Shown here: positions 55,226-64,000 of the stretch, one piece after another
Numbering within the stretch: position 1 is the first letter of the stretch
Layout: every line of letters begins with the position of its first letter
Assembly (NCBI GenBank): GCA_020352495.1
Contig: CP070677.1
Location: 3,678,924 to 3,742,923 of the forward strand
Origin: Candidatus Latescibacterota bacterium
GTDB lineage: Bacteria > Krumholzibacteriota > Krumholzibacteriia > WVZY01
Direction of reading: 5' to 3'
DNA length: 64,000 nt
Made by a program: the position numbers and the translations under genes
Notes under the pieces: generated by a model
The model's input: the letters and a program-made list of their open reading frames with translations, nothing else
What the model was told of the DNA's origin: nothing
Database searches by the model: none

Positions 55226-57382
55226 CTACTTCCCGCCGAGCATCTTGAGCTGCCGCAGGACACCCTCATTCCCCGGTTGGATCTCGAGACACTTCTCCCA
55301 GTGCCGTTTAGCCTTATCGTGCTCTCCGATTCGGTAGTAGGCACCGGCGATATTGTTGTTGAGCACAAAATGGTCGGGCTGGTGTTTGAGTCCTTTCTTG
55401 AAACGCGCGATCGCCTTTTTGTACTCGCCGCGATCGTAGTAGATGGCGCCAAGCTGACTGTGCCCCCCAGGGTGATGGGGATCCTCTCTGAGAACTCGTT
55501 CGTAGTGCTCCCTGGCCTCGAGGTGTTTTCCCGCTTTCGTCAATTCGACACCGACTTCAAAGGGTGTCTTGGGAAGTATCTTTGAATCGATTTTGTCACC
55601 GGTTTCCGCCAGAGACACCTTGCACGCCTCGAGGGCCTTCCCCGCATAGGGGTGGTTGGGTTTCAAGGCAACGGCCGCTTCGAGTTCCTTGATCGCTCCC
55701 GAGTAGTGACCGATACGTTGGTACGTAATGCCAAGGTTGTAGTGTGCGTCCACGAAGAGGGGGCGGAGTTCCAGCGATTTCTTCAAATGCACGATGGCCC
55801 TTGCGATGTGATCGGGCCCCTTCTCCGGTTCCTTGGTAGCGAGATTCGAGTACGCCGTCCCCATGACCACGTGGCTAAATCCAAAATCGTAGTCGACGAC
55901 CGACCACCACACAATAACGCCGGCAAGGGCACCGGTGACGACGGCTGCCGCGAGCCGTTTGAACGACCGACGTCTGAGGAGATCAACAAGACCGAACACT
56001 CCGATCGATGCAAAAACGACGAGAAACGGGACGACGGGAAGACGGTATCGAGCCGTGACAAAAAACGGGATCAAGGACCCCATGTAAGCCAAGATGAACC
56101 CGAGATAGAGTCGCCAAACCCTCCCTGGCCCGTTCGTTCGATGGGAGACCAAAATACCCACGATCGCGAGCGGCGCGATCAGCCAAAAACCCACAATGAG
56201 GTATCCGAGGAGAGGCGCATAGTTAAGGCCAATGAAATACCTATTGTGATGGTTTGGAATCTCGTAGTGATTCCAAAAGAGAACAAACTTTCGCAGGAGA
56301 AGTCTCGACGCGTCACCGGGACGCCCGCTTACAAACCGCAACGCTTCCGATGCCCAATACCGCGACACCTCGGAAGGTTTTAGACCCTCTTTCCCGGTTG
56401 CCTTCTCCGCCGCGTCTCTCGAACTCAAATAGAGTCTTGTGTTGTCTAGACCCGACTCGGGCGGCAAATAAAAGATGCCACTTGCCTCGTCGTTGTTTCC
56501 GATAAAGAGGTTCACACCGGCGTTGCTCGAGACCAGCACGAAATCCCGGGACACGACATAGTTACGGGCGGTGATCGGAAGAACGGCAACCACGGCGCCC
56601 ACGGCGAACCAGAGACCGGCCTTCCACCGCGCCGGCAGAAATCTTCTCTCGAACCCGGTGAGGATCCACAAAAGACCAAACGGCGCAAAGAGTAGCACGT
56701 TTGGTTTTCCCAGACCGGCAAGACCCAACAATACCCCCGCAAAGAGAAAGTAAACCCCTCCGCGCCGTCCGGAGACACTTTCCGTCTCGCTTCTCTTTGA
56801 CACACACTGTGCGCGCTCGTCTCCAGCGATGAGGAGTAGGATCGAACTCGACGTGAAGAAAAGCACCAAGGTGATCATCAACAGATCACCGTCAAAAAAA
56901 ACAAGTGTCCCATAAAACGCCGCAAACAACGCGGCCAGCACCGGTGGTCCCCTGCGCTCTCCCGAGACCCGCATCGTAAGACGATAGACCAACAGACAGT
57001 TCGCACATCCGATCAAACACTGGATCAAACGGACCAGGGTAAGATGCACGCCAAATAGGCGGTAGATCACGGCAAGAAAGTAGGGGTAGAAAGGGCTGCT
57101 GTGAAAATACGCACCGCGTCCGATCAGATCACCCGCCGCGATTTCCACCGCCCTCTCGTGGTAGATCTTGGAGTCGCCAACCGGGTCATGAAAGAAGGGC
57201 GCGTCGCGGAGTTGCGCGATGTAGACCAATCGCACCGCCAACGCGACGATCACGATCAGCCAAAGCAAGTGAGCATCCGTGATACGGCCAACCAGCGCCC
57301 GAGACGCGTTCCGCCGTTTTCGCCCGGAAACGTCGGCGGGTTTTCCCGCTCTCCGATTGGCGGTCTTTTTCTGTTTCTTCAC
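55226..57382 (-). CDS. integral-membrane glycosyltransferase family 39/83-like (PMT/ArnT-like) protein with C-terminal TPR repeats
   Basis: about 11 predicted TM helices in N-terminal 500 aa; C-terminal TPR units (AHYNLGITYQRIGHYSGAIKELEAAVALKPNH..., YYDRGEYKKAIARFKKGLKHQPDH...). Confidence 0.7.
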   Translation of the reverse strand: MKKQKKTANRRAGKPADVSGRKRRNASRALVGRITDAHLLWLIVIVALAVRLVYIAQLRDAPFFHDPVGDSKIYHERAVEIAAGDLIGRGAYFHSSPFYPYFLAVIYRLFGVHLTLVRLIQCLIGCANCLLVYRLTMRVSGERRGPPVLAALFAAFYGTLVFFDGDLLMITLVLFFTSSSILLLIAGDERAQCVSKRSETESVSGRRGGVYFLFAGVLLGLAGLGKPNVLLFAPFGLLWILTGFERRFLPARWKAGLWFAVGAVVAVLPITARNYVVSRDFVLVSSNAGVNLFIGNNDEASGIFYLPPESGLDNTRLYLSSRDAAEKATGKEGLKPSEVSRYWASEALRFVSGRPGDASRLLLRKFVLFWNHYEIPNHHNRYFIGLNYAPLLGYLIVGFWLIAPLAIVGILVSHRTNGPGRVWRLYLGFILAYMGSLIPFFVTARYRLPVVPFLVVFASIGVFGLVDLLRRRSFKRLAAAVVTGALAGVIVWWSVVDYDFGFSHVVMGTAYSNLATKEPEKGPDHIARAIVHLKKSLELRPLFVDAHYNLGITYQRIGHYSGAIKELEAAVALKPNHPYAGKALEACKVSLAETGDKIDSKILPKTPFEVGVELTKAGKHLEAREHYERVLREDPHHPGGHSQLGAIYYDRGEYKKAIARFKKGLKHQPDHFVLNNNIAGAYYRIGEHDKAKRHWEKCLEIQPGNEGVLRQLKMLGGK

Positions 57383-57997
57383 CGAAACTGCTCCCCTAGG
57401 CGACGGCCCACGGCGCCTAATCTCGGCCCTCGAGGGTCATACCCATGTACCGCCGGTTCGGCGGCTGACGGATGAGATTTCGACACCCTCGCCGGGCCGG
57501 GCAACCCGTTGAGGATACCGCGATTCGGCACTATCCGGAAACCACCGGCTCTCGATGGCAGATTTTGATGCTGCACAATTGGCGCTAATTGATAAATGTC
57601 AATATTTTTATTGACGATTGTCGTATTACATCCTACAATACCTTCGCGACCTTCCCCTTCTGTGCAAACGGCCGCAGGACGCCTGAGGCTCAGACCTCCC
57701 AACCGACTCAGGCGGCTCGCTGGGGGAGGGACGGAGGGCCCGAGAGTCTGCCGCGAGGCTCGAGCCCACACGACTCTCCCCCGCACCTCCCCTCAAGACT
57801 CCATGTGATAAACCGGCATAGCAATCGTTATCGCACCGTCGAACACCCGCGTGTCTGCTTGGCATTGTTATGACTCGACTTGGGTGCTGTTTTGCCATAT
57901 CCTAGGTCATTATCCCTTTGCGGATAGACTTCACTCAATCCTGTTTTCTATCCTACCCATCCCACAAATCGGACGGCGAATGAGGAGGCTACTACTT

Positions 57998-59701
57998 ATG
58001 GCGAGGAAAAAGGCTAAAAAGAAAACGACGACAAAAACCAAAAAGCAACCCGCTCGGGCAGCCACGTTGTATTCGGTCAGCCCCAAGGGTGAGAAGTTCC
58101 CTATTCCCCGCGACGAAGATTATGCCCCGGAATTCCGACGCGTTAAAAAGCTGGCGGACAAAGCCCGCAAGAACGGGAATGAAATCGTCGTGGTCATGGG
58201 GGTTGGATTCGTTGGGGCGGTAATGGCGGCGATCATTGCCGACACGGAGGATCAAAGAGGTCGACCAAGCAAGTTTGTAATCGGATGCCAACGTCCGAGC
58301 ACGCGAAGCTACTGGAAGATCCCGCTTCTAAACCGGGGGCTGTCGCCCGTCAAAGCCGAAGACCCCGAAGTCGATGAAATGATCGAACGCTGTGTGAACG
58401 AAAAGAAATCCTTGATCGCCACCTTCAACGCGGACTGCCTCAAGCTCGCCGACTGTGTGGTCGTGGACGTCCAATGCGACTACACCAAACACGATCTGGG
58501 TGAAATGCGAACCGGTGAGGCGGATATGGCCGCGCTCGAGGCCACGATGCGAACCATCGGGGAGAAGATCCCGCCCAAGTGTTTGACGCTCATCGAAACC
58601 ACTGTCGCTCCGGGTACGACGGAATTCGTGGCATGGCCAATCCTGAAAAAAGCTTTTGCCGAACGGGGCATAAAATCCACACCGCTTCTTGCCCACAGTT
58701 TTGAGCGTGTGATGCCCGGCAGGGAGTACGTAGCGAGTATCCGCGATTTCTGGCGAGTGTGCGCTGGCTGCACGCCCGAGGCGAGGAGGCGGGTCGAGAA
58801 GTTTCTCCATCAGGTTCTAAACACAACCGACTACCCGCTTACCGTGATGGACCGACCGATCGAATCCGAGACGACAAAAATCGTGGAGAACTCGTACCGC
58901 GCGACGACACTGGCCTTTCTCAACGAGTGGAGTCTGTTTGCGGAACGAAACGGCGTGGACCTCATCAAGGTTATCAAAGCAATCCGGATGCGACCCACAC
59001 ACAGCAACATGATCTTCCCCGGACCGGGTATAGGTGGCTATTGTCTCCCAAAAGATGGAGGTTTGGGTTACTGGGCGTACCGGCACATCCTCGGATTCGA
59101 GGACGGCGACGACATATTCAAAATCACACCGACTGCCATCGACATCAACGATACACGTGGGCTCCACGTTGCCGAGCTTGCCCGCGATGCGCTCCGAAAC
59201 ATGGGACGCTACATTGCAGGGGCCGATGTCCTGATCTGTGGCGCGAGTTACCGGCAGGACGTCGGTGACACCCGCTACAGCGGTAGCGAGATGGTCGTCA
59301 GAAAGCTCACCGAGATGGGTGCGGAAATGCGAGTGCACGACCCTTATGTCGCGCACTGGTATGAACTGGAAATTCAAGACGTCTATCCAGCACCCGGTTT
59401 GTCCTGGAGCCGGTTCTTCAGAAATCAGGAGGGACTAAAAAACGCCCGCGTCCAAAAAGATCTCAGGAAGGCGCTCAAGGGCGCGGAGTGCGTAGTCTTT
59501 GCCGTTCCGCACGAGCCGTACCATCATCTCAACCAGCGCGACGTCGTCAAATGGGCGGGCGGCCCATTGGCAGTGATCGACTGTTTTGGCATCCTCACCG
59601 ACGACGAAATACGCAAATATTTTGAGTTGGGTTGCGAGGTCAAAGCCCTTGGACGTGGACACATCCAACGGATCAAGGAAGCGGCAAGGAAGAAAAGGTA
59701 A
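57998..59701 (+). CDS. nucleotide-sugar dehydrogenase (UDP-glucose/GDP-mannose dehydrogenase family) with Lys-rich N-terminal extension
   Basis: ORF from 57851; start MARKKAKKKTTTKTKKQ preceded by GAGGAGG; NAD-binding VVVMGVGFVGAVMAAI; catalytic Cys region GPGIGGYCLPKD. Confidence 0.85.
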   Translation: MARKKAKKKTTTKTKKQPARAATLYSVSPKGEKFPIPRDEDYAPEFRRVKKLADKARKNGNEIVVVMGVGFVGAVMAAIIADTEDQRGRPSKFVIGCQRPSTRSYWKIPLLNRGLSPVKAEDPEVDEMIERCVNEKKSLIATFNADCLKLADCVVVDVQCDYTKHDLGEMRTGEADMAALEATMRTIGEKIPPKCLTLIETTVAPGTTEFVAWPILKKAFAERGIKSTPLLAHSFERVMPGREYVASIRDFWRVCAGCTPEARRRVEKFLHQVLNTTDYPLTVMDRPIESETTKIVENSYRATTLAFLNEWSLFAERNGVDLIKVIKAIRMRPTHSNMIFPGPGIGGYCLPKDGGLGYWAYRHILGFEDGDDIFKITPTAIDINDTRGLHVAELARDALRNMGRYIAGADVLICGASYRQDVGDTRYSGSEMVVRKLTEMGAEMRVHDPYVAHWYELEIQDVYPAPGLSWSRFFRNQEGLKNARVQKDLRKALKGAECVVFAVPHEPYHHLNQRDVVKWAGGPLAVIDCFGILTDDEIRKYFELGCEVKALGRGHIQRIKEAARKKR

Positions 59702-59731
59702 GAGACGGAAGACCAACGGCGCCGACGGATT

Positions 59732-59768
59732 GGGCCCGGCGTGAACACGCGCCGGGCCCGTCTTTGTA
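59732..59768 (+). terminator. rho-independent terminator after dehydrogenase gene
   Basis: GGGCCCGGCG-tgaacacg-CGCCGGGCCC perfect 10-bp GC stem followed by GTCTTTGT. Confidence 0.55.
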
Positions 59769-59873
59769 CCAAGACTGGTCGACCGGCGGTGTACGTTTAG
59801 AAGGGCTTTCGTGCGGAACGATTATGCGCTATACTATGTGTGCCCAACACGTGAACCAAGGGTCAAAGAAGTC

Positions 59874-60422
59874 ATGAAAAAAGTAGCATTGTTGACCTTT
59901 GTCGGGCTCTTGTGCGCGACCACCGTCTATGGACAGGCGGGAGTCATTGTGCTCGCCGGTGACGCGCAGGGTCTCGACTGTAATCTCAGTGACAAATCAC
60001 CGGGCGTTTGCTCGTTTTATGCCGTTCACATCTTGACACCCGGTGCCATGGCTTGTTCGTTTTCCGCACCGGCTCCGTCGTGTTTTACGGGAAGCTGGCT
60101 TTCCGATGCGCACGTATTTCCGGTTACCCTCGGAGATTCGCAGAATGGCGTCGCCATTGGCTATGGTGAATGTCGTCCCGGACCCATTCACGTTCTGACA
60201 CTCAATTTCTTCTGCCAGGGTCTGTCACAAAACTGTTGTTACTACAGCGTAAAGCCCCACCCGGATGTGACCTCGGGTGAGGTCGAGGTTGTCGATTGCA
60301 ACGAAAACCCCCTCTATGCCAGAGGGGGATTCGGAATCGTCAATTCCACCACCGACTGCGAGTGCGGTCCCCCCACCAGAGACTCGACATGGGGCAAAGT
60401 AAAATCCACTTTTGGTGACTAG
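59874..60422 (+). CDS. secreted Cys-rich hypothetical protein
   Basis: ORF from 59811; signal MKKVALLTFVGLLCATTVYGQA; about 14 Cys. Confidence 0.5.
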   Translation: MKKVALLTFVGLLCATTVYGQAGVIVLAGDAQGLDCNLSDKSPGVCSFYAVHILTPGAMACSFSAPAPSCFTGSWLSDAHVFPVTLGDSQNGVAIGYGECRPGPIHVLTLNFFCQGLSQNCCYYSVKPHPDVTSGEVEVVDCNENPLYARGGFGIVNSTTDCECGPPTRDSTWGKVKSTFGD

Positions 60423-60543
60423 CCCTGACCCGCATAACTGAAAACAAAATGAGTTTATGGCGGGCGTGGAATGACCACGACAAAATGTTGTCCACCGCAT
60501 GCAACAACCCACTCTGCCACCGACGACTCGGGAGGCCGCCAAC

Positions 60544-60939
60544 ATGAAAGAACACGTCACGATTCTGGGCGCACTGTATATCGCTTTTAGCGCCCAAGGG
60601 CTTTTGGCAGCGACCATCGTCTTGGTTGCAGTCGCAGGCGGGGGGCTCCTGTCGGGAGACCCCGATGCAATTGCCATCACGAGCACCGTCGGTGTGGCTA
60701 TTTCGTCGTTGCTGTTTGTGCTCTCCGTTCCGGGTCTCATCGGGGGGATCGGCCTCTTGAAACGAATTTCTTGGTCCAGATATCTGGTTCTCATCGTCGG
60801 CTGTTTCAATCTCATGGCGATCCCCTTTGGGACGGCCTTGGGAATTTACACGATATGGGTTTTGGTAAAGCCGGAGACTGTCGCACTGTTTGAAACCCCA
60901 AAACCGACCACTTCACCATCCTCGGATCCCCCCCGGTAA
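60544..60939 (+). CDS. hypothetical membrane protein (3-4 TM helices)
   Basis: ORF from 60499; start MKEHVTILGALYIAF...; hydrophobic helices; Pro/Ser-rich tail. Confidence 0.5.
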   Translation: MKEHVTILGALYIAFSAQGLLAATIVLVAVAGGGLLSGDPDAIAITSTVGVAISSLLFVLSVPGLIGGIGLLKRISWSRYLVLIVGCFNLMAIPFGTALGIYTIWVLVKPETVALFETPKPTTSPSSDPPR

Positions 60940-61179
60940 AACACCTAGGTTCAGAAAAGGGTGTGGTTGCCGGTCCTTGTGCGCGGAGCGAGCGAGGATC
61001 ACGCGCCGTCAGGCGTGAACCCGAGCGAAGCGGGCGCAGGACCGGCAACGACACGCTTTTGGAGCCACACGACCGTATTGCCCCGTTTCACTTTCCCCGG
61101 ATCGCCACGCCTGATATATTCAATGAGGCCACCGAATCTCATTTTCTCAGCCCATTCGGATCACTACGATCCAAGGAAC

Positions 61180-62421
61180 ATGACACACAACTCCGGCATC
61201 AATGAGCTCTACAGGGGATCGATCATCTCGCAGGTGAAGGCATTCCGGGAGGCAAACGACCCCCGAAAACGAGACCTTTCGCCTAGCGTGCTCGATTTCG
61301 GTCCGGTGCGGTTTCTTCTCGCCAGGCATTTTGGGTTCTGTTTTGGAGTCGAGAACGCAGTAAGAATCGCCTACGAAACGCTCGAATCCAACCCCGACCA
61401 ACGTATCTTTTTTCTGAGCGAGATGATCCATAACCCAAAGGTGAACTGCGACCTCCGCGCTCGGGGTGTCCGGTTTGCCTTCACACCATCCGGCGAACAG
61501 CTCGTACCCTGGGAGGATCTCACGCCCGACGATATCGTCGTCGTTCCAGCCTTTGGAACAACGCTCGAGATGCAAGAACAACTTGCTGCGCGTGGAATCG
61601 ACGCGTACACCTACAACACAACGTGCCCGTTTGTGGAGAAAGTCTGGAAGCGGAGCGGGCGACTGGGAGAGCAGAATTACACCGTCGTCGTACATGGAAA
61701 AGCGGCGCACGAGGAGACCCGCGCGACGTTCTCCCACAGTGTTCGAAGCGCGCCGACGGTGATAGTACTCGATCTGAACGAGGCCCGCATCCTGGCAGAT
61801 ATCATACGCGGGACCCTGGACCGTGATGCGTTCGATCAACATTTCCGTCACAAGTGCTCCGATGGCTTTGATCCAGCGCGACACCTCGAACGGATCGGGG
61901 TCGTCAACCAAACGACGATGTTGGCTACCGAGACTCGAGAGATTGCCGATGTCCTCCAGACGGCCATGATCGACCGTTATGGTAAAGAGAACCTACAGCA
62001 TCATTTCGCAGACACATCGGATACGCTCTGCTATGCAACGAACGAAAACCAGAACGCAACCCGCACGCTCATCGAACGAGGGGGGGATCTTGCGTTGGTC
62101 GTCGGAGGTTACAACTCGTCCAACACGTCGCACATCGTCGAATTGTGCCAAGAGGCGATAGCGACATATTTCATCCAGAATGCCGACGAGATTGTTTCCG
62201 TCACGCGGATTCGTCATTTTTCCCTCGATACCCGGGCGGTGGAAACGACCGACGATTGGTTGCCAACAAAACGCCCTCTCGATGTCGTGCTGACCTGCGG
62301 TGCTTCGTGTCCCGATGCGGTGCTCGACGAGGTGTTGTCACGCGTGCTTTCGTTTTTCAACAATACACACCCGTTGGACAGAGTTCTCCGGACATTTACG
62401 ACACCCAAGTCAAACGGTTAA
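61180..62421 (+). CDS. ispH: 4-hydroxy-3-methylbut-2-enyl diphosphate reductase IspH (LytB), long form
   Basis: ORF from 60961; FGFCFGVENAV (Cys1), TTCPFVEKVWK (Cys2), ...SNTSHIVELC; N-terminal extension of roughly 50-70 aa. Confidence 0.85.
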   Translation: MTHNSGINELYRGSIISQVKAFREANDPRKRDLSPSVLDFGPVRFLLARHFGFCFGVENAVRIAYETLESNPDQRIFFLSEMIHNPKVNCDLRARGVRFAFTPSGEQLVPWEDLTPDDIVVVPAFGTTLEMQEQLAARGIDAYTYNTTCPFVEKVWKRSGRLGEQNYTVVVHGKAAHEETRATFSHSVRSAPTVIVLDLNEARILADIIRGTLDRDAFDQHFRHKCSDGFDPARHLERIGVVNQTTMLATETREIADVLQTAMIDRYGKENLQHHFADTSDTLCYATNENQNATRTLIERGGDLALVVGGYNSSNTSHIVELCQEAIATYFIQNADEIVSVTRIRHFSLDTRAVETTDDWLPTKRPLDVVLTCGASCPDAVLDEVLSRVLSFFNNTHPLDRVLRTFTTPKSNG

Positions 62422-62864
62422 AACCTCCCCGATCAGTTCGAATCCGCCCGCGCGTCCCACTCGGATCCCAACGGTAAAAGTCTTCACATATGGCAGTTTG
62501 GGATCGCACGGAAAACCGTCGAGAAACACCTTGATTTTGGCTGCCCTCACCCACCTGCGACATTTCACGAGAACGGATGCGTGGGACAACGTGTCTTGGC
62601 CTGCCATTGCCTGCTGGATAACTAATTTATTATCAACAAGTTGCCTTAAGCCATCACCCAAGTGTCAATCGTCGTTGTCACATCCGTGTCAGCAGAATCC
62701 GAAAACCGATGTCTTGGCAACAGCTTGGAAGCGTGGCGGTTCGGTGGCGCTGGCACGCAAGTTGCGTCCGGCCAGCCACGGAAGTACCCCTCTGCCCAAC
62801 AACAGATTGTTTCCCTGGGAGCCTCCCGGACATTTCGGAGAAGCAGGGAGTGAGAGGTTTGAGC

Positions 62865-63833
62865 ATGAAACACACTCTGGGCGTAGGTCGTCGACAGACG
62901 GAGAGTTTTGACGAGATTTCTCGATCGGTCAGAACCGGGCTCAACCGTCAGTCGTATCTCAACTGGTCTCTCCTCGTGATAGCGACCCTGATAATAGCCC
63001 TTGGGCTCATTACGGTCCTACCCCCCATTTTGAGTGAGCGGCTTGCTGCCATGTGGCCGTGGCCCAAACCGCAGCTGATTCTGATCGTGGTGCTCTCGCT
63101 GGCTTTACTTGCGCTATCAGGGCTGGCCCATCAACAGCGCTATATCGCCGCTCTCCGGAAGCAATTCGAACAGACACAGGCCGAGGAGATAGCTCGGGCG
63201 AAAAAACACACGAATCGTATCTATGCGCTTCTCAACGTGACTCGCATGTTGGGGACCACATCTGATCTCCAAAGCGTCTTCGACGCCGTAACAAACATGT
63301 GCGTGGAAGGTTTCAACTGTCACGTGGCTTCGCTGATGCTGTTCGACAAAGACGGCGGAGAACTCATCGTTCGGTCGGCCAGCGGCGCCCCCGTGCCTCC
63401 CACAATGCTTGGCACCCGGCTCAAGCTGGGCGAGGGGGTTGCCGGGTGGGCGGCACAACAGCGTGAAGCGCTGCTAATCGGGCGGGATTTCGACCCCAAA
63501 CAGTACCCCGATCTGACCCTCAAGAACGCCGCGCTGACCTCCGCGATGGTCGTCCCCATCATCCTGAGGGACGAACTCGTTGGTGTTCTCAACGTAAGCT
63601 CTCGTTCGCGCAAAATCGATTACGATAAAGACGACCTCCGGGCGTTACAGGTTTTTGGCGAAAACGTCGGGTCGTGTATCCGTCACGCGGAACACGCGAC
63701 TTGGATGAGACAAACCGTCCAGAGACTGCAGAGGAGCGTAAAGCTGAAAACCCAACACAACAACAGTGAGGACCGCGATCCCAAGACCGGAGAGTTCGTC
63801 ATTCCCGCAGAAAGCCCCGAGGCGCGCGAGTAG
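62865..63833 (+). CDS. GAF domain-containing membrane protein
   Basis: ORF from 62709; start MKHTLG after AGGGAG RBS; two TM helices then GAF-like (VFDAVTNMCVEGFNCHVASLMLFDKDGGELIV...LGEGVAGWAAQQREALLIGRD...MVVPIILRDELVGVLNV). Confidence 0.7.
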   Translation: MKHTLGVGRRQTESFDEISRSVRTGLNRQSYLNWSLLVIATLIIALGLITVLPPILSERLAAMWPWPKPQLILIVVLSLALLALSGLAHQQRYIAALRKQFEQTQAEEIARAKKHTNRIYALLNVTRMLGTTSDLQSVFDAVTNMCVEGFNCHVASLMLFDKDGGELIVRSASGAPVPPTMLGTRLKLGEGVAGWAAQQREALLIGRDFDPKQYPDLTLKNAALTSAMVVPIILRDELVGVLNVSSRSRKIDYDKDDLRALQVFGENVGSCIRHAEHATWMRQTVQRLQRSVKLKTQHNNSEDRDPKTGEFVIPAESPEARE

Positions 63834-63842
63834 CGGTGCGTG

Positions 63843-64000
63843 CTACATACCCAACCCGTTGACTTTTGCCAAAGACGTTCTCGTCCACTCGAGAACATCT
63901 TCGACACCGGGCACGACACCGGAGGGGCCAAATCCCAGCCAGAGGACGGCAAGAAGGGATATCAGGAGGACAATCCGAATTCCGAGATCGGCGTCGACCG
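63843..64000 (-). CDS. 3' end of a minus-strand membrane protein gene (partial, continues beyond window)
   Basis: reverse frame reads ...VDADLGIRIVLLISLLAVLWLGFGPSGVVPGVEDVLEWTRTSLAKVNGLGM* with stop at about 63843. Confidence 0.35.
   Translation of the reverse strand, partial: VDADLGIRIVLLISLLAVLWLGFGPSGVVPGVEDVLEWTRTSLAKVNGLGM

Noticed and set aside
58817-59377. 186-aa minus-strand ORF inside the nucleotide-sugar dehydrogenase gene
   Set aside because: Antisense artefact.
1-64000. tRNA/rRNA/CRISPR scan by eye
   Set aside because: No cloverleaf-compatible 70-90-nt segments with conserved tRNA features (GTTC/TPsiC loop plus CCA-adjacent acceptor pairing) and no regularly spaced repeat arrays were found; the apparently non-coding gaps are accounted for by terminators, promoters or the structured elements.

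Overview
This is a high-GC bacterial chromosomal segment of about 64 kb. It probably comes from an FCB-superphylum or candidate-phylum organism, because several proteins end in a type-A T9SS C-terminal sorting domain (...NPFNPVTTIRY...VYFY.L...F..TKKMVLLK). There are no rRNA, tRNA or CRISPR features. The left third (about 0.3-21 kb) looks accessory. It holds a minus-strand operon of four giant secreted T9SS-cargo proteins with 21-23 nt spacers: an 1808-aa beta-propeller/Ig-like-domain protein, then three about 1050-aa paralogs. Two overlapping paralogous lipoprotein genes follow the operon. A sigma54-dependent activator gene with its own -24/-12 promoter consensus and an IPT/TIG Zn-metallopeptidase lipoprotein sit beside it. 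The most interesting feature appears to be a family of about 100-120-nt structured intergenic elements, with four copies in this window. Each has a conserved asymmetric core (GAGTTCCGCAGCGCGCC ... GGCGCGCGAGGACTGTCTGAGCCGCCGT) closed by a 13-20-bp outer stem. The outer stem is different in every copy but always self-complementary, which is the covariation expected of a structured RNA or DNA hairpin. The rest of the window is mostly housekeeping: rmuC, two LysR regulators, an M19 dipeptidase, an inositol pair (inositol-1-phosphate synthase and inositol monophosphatase), htpX, an SNase-like nuclease, thyX, an M50 protease, ispH, and a glycosylation-like cluster (FIST, ALS-like TPP enzyme, LmbE deacetylase, GT39-TPR membrane protein, nucleotide-sugar dehydrogenase). 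Other points of note are an unusual tripartite protein (peptidase-MA, PD40 propeller and Omp85-like barrel) followed by a degenerate FtsH-like domain protein, palindromes in the 700-bp region upstream of the giant operon, and an AT-rich island upstream of a LysR gene.
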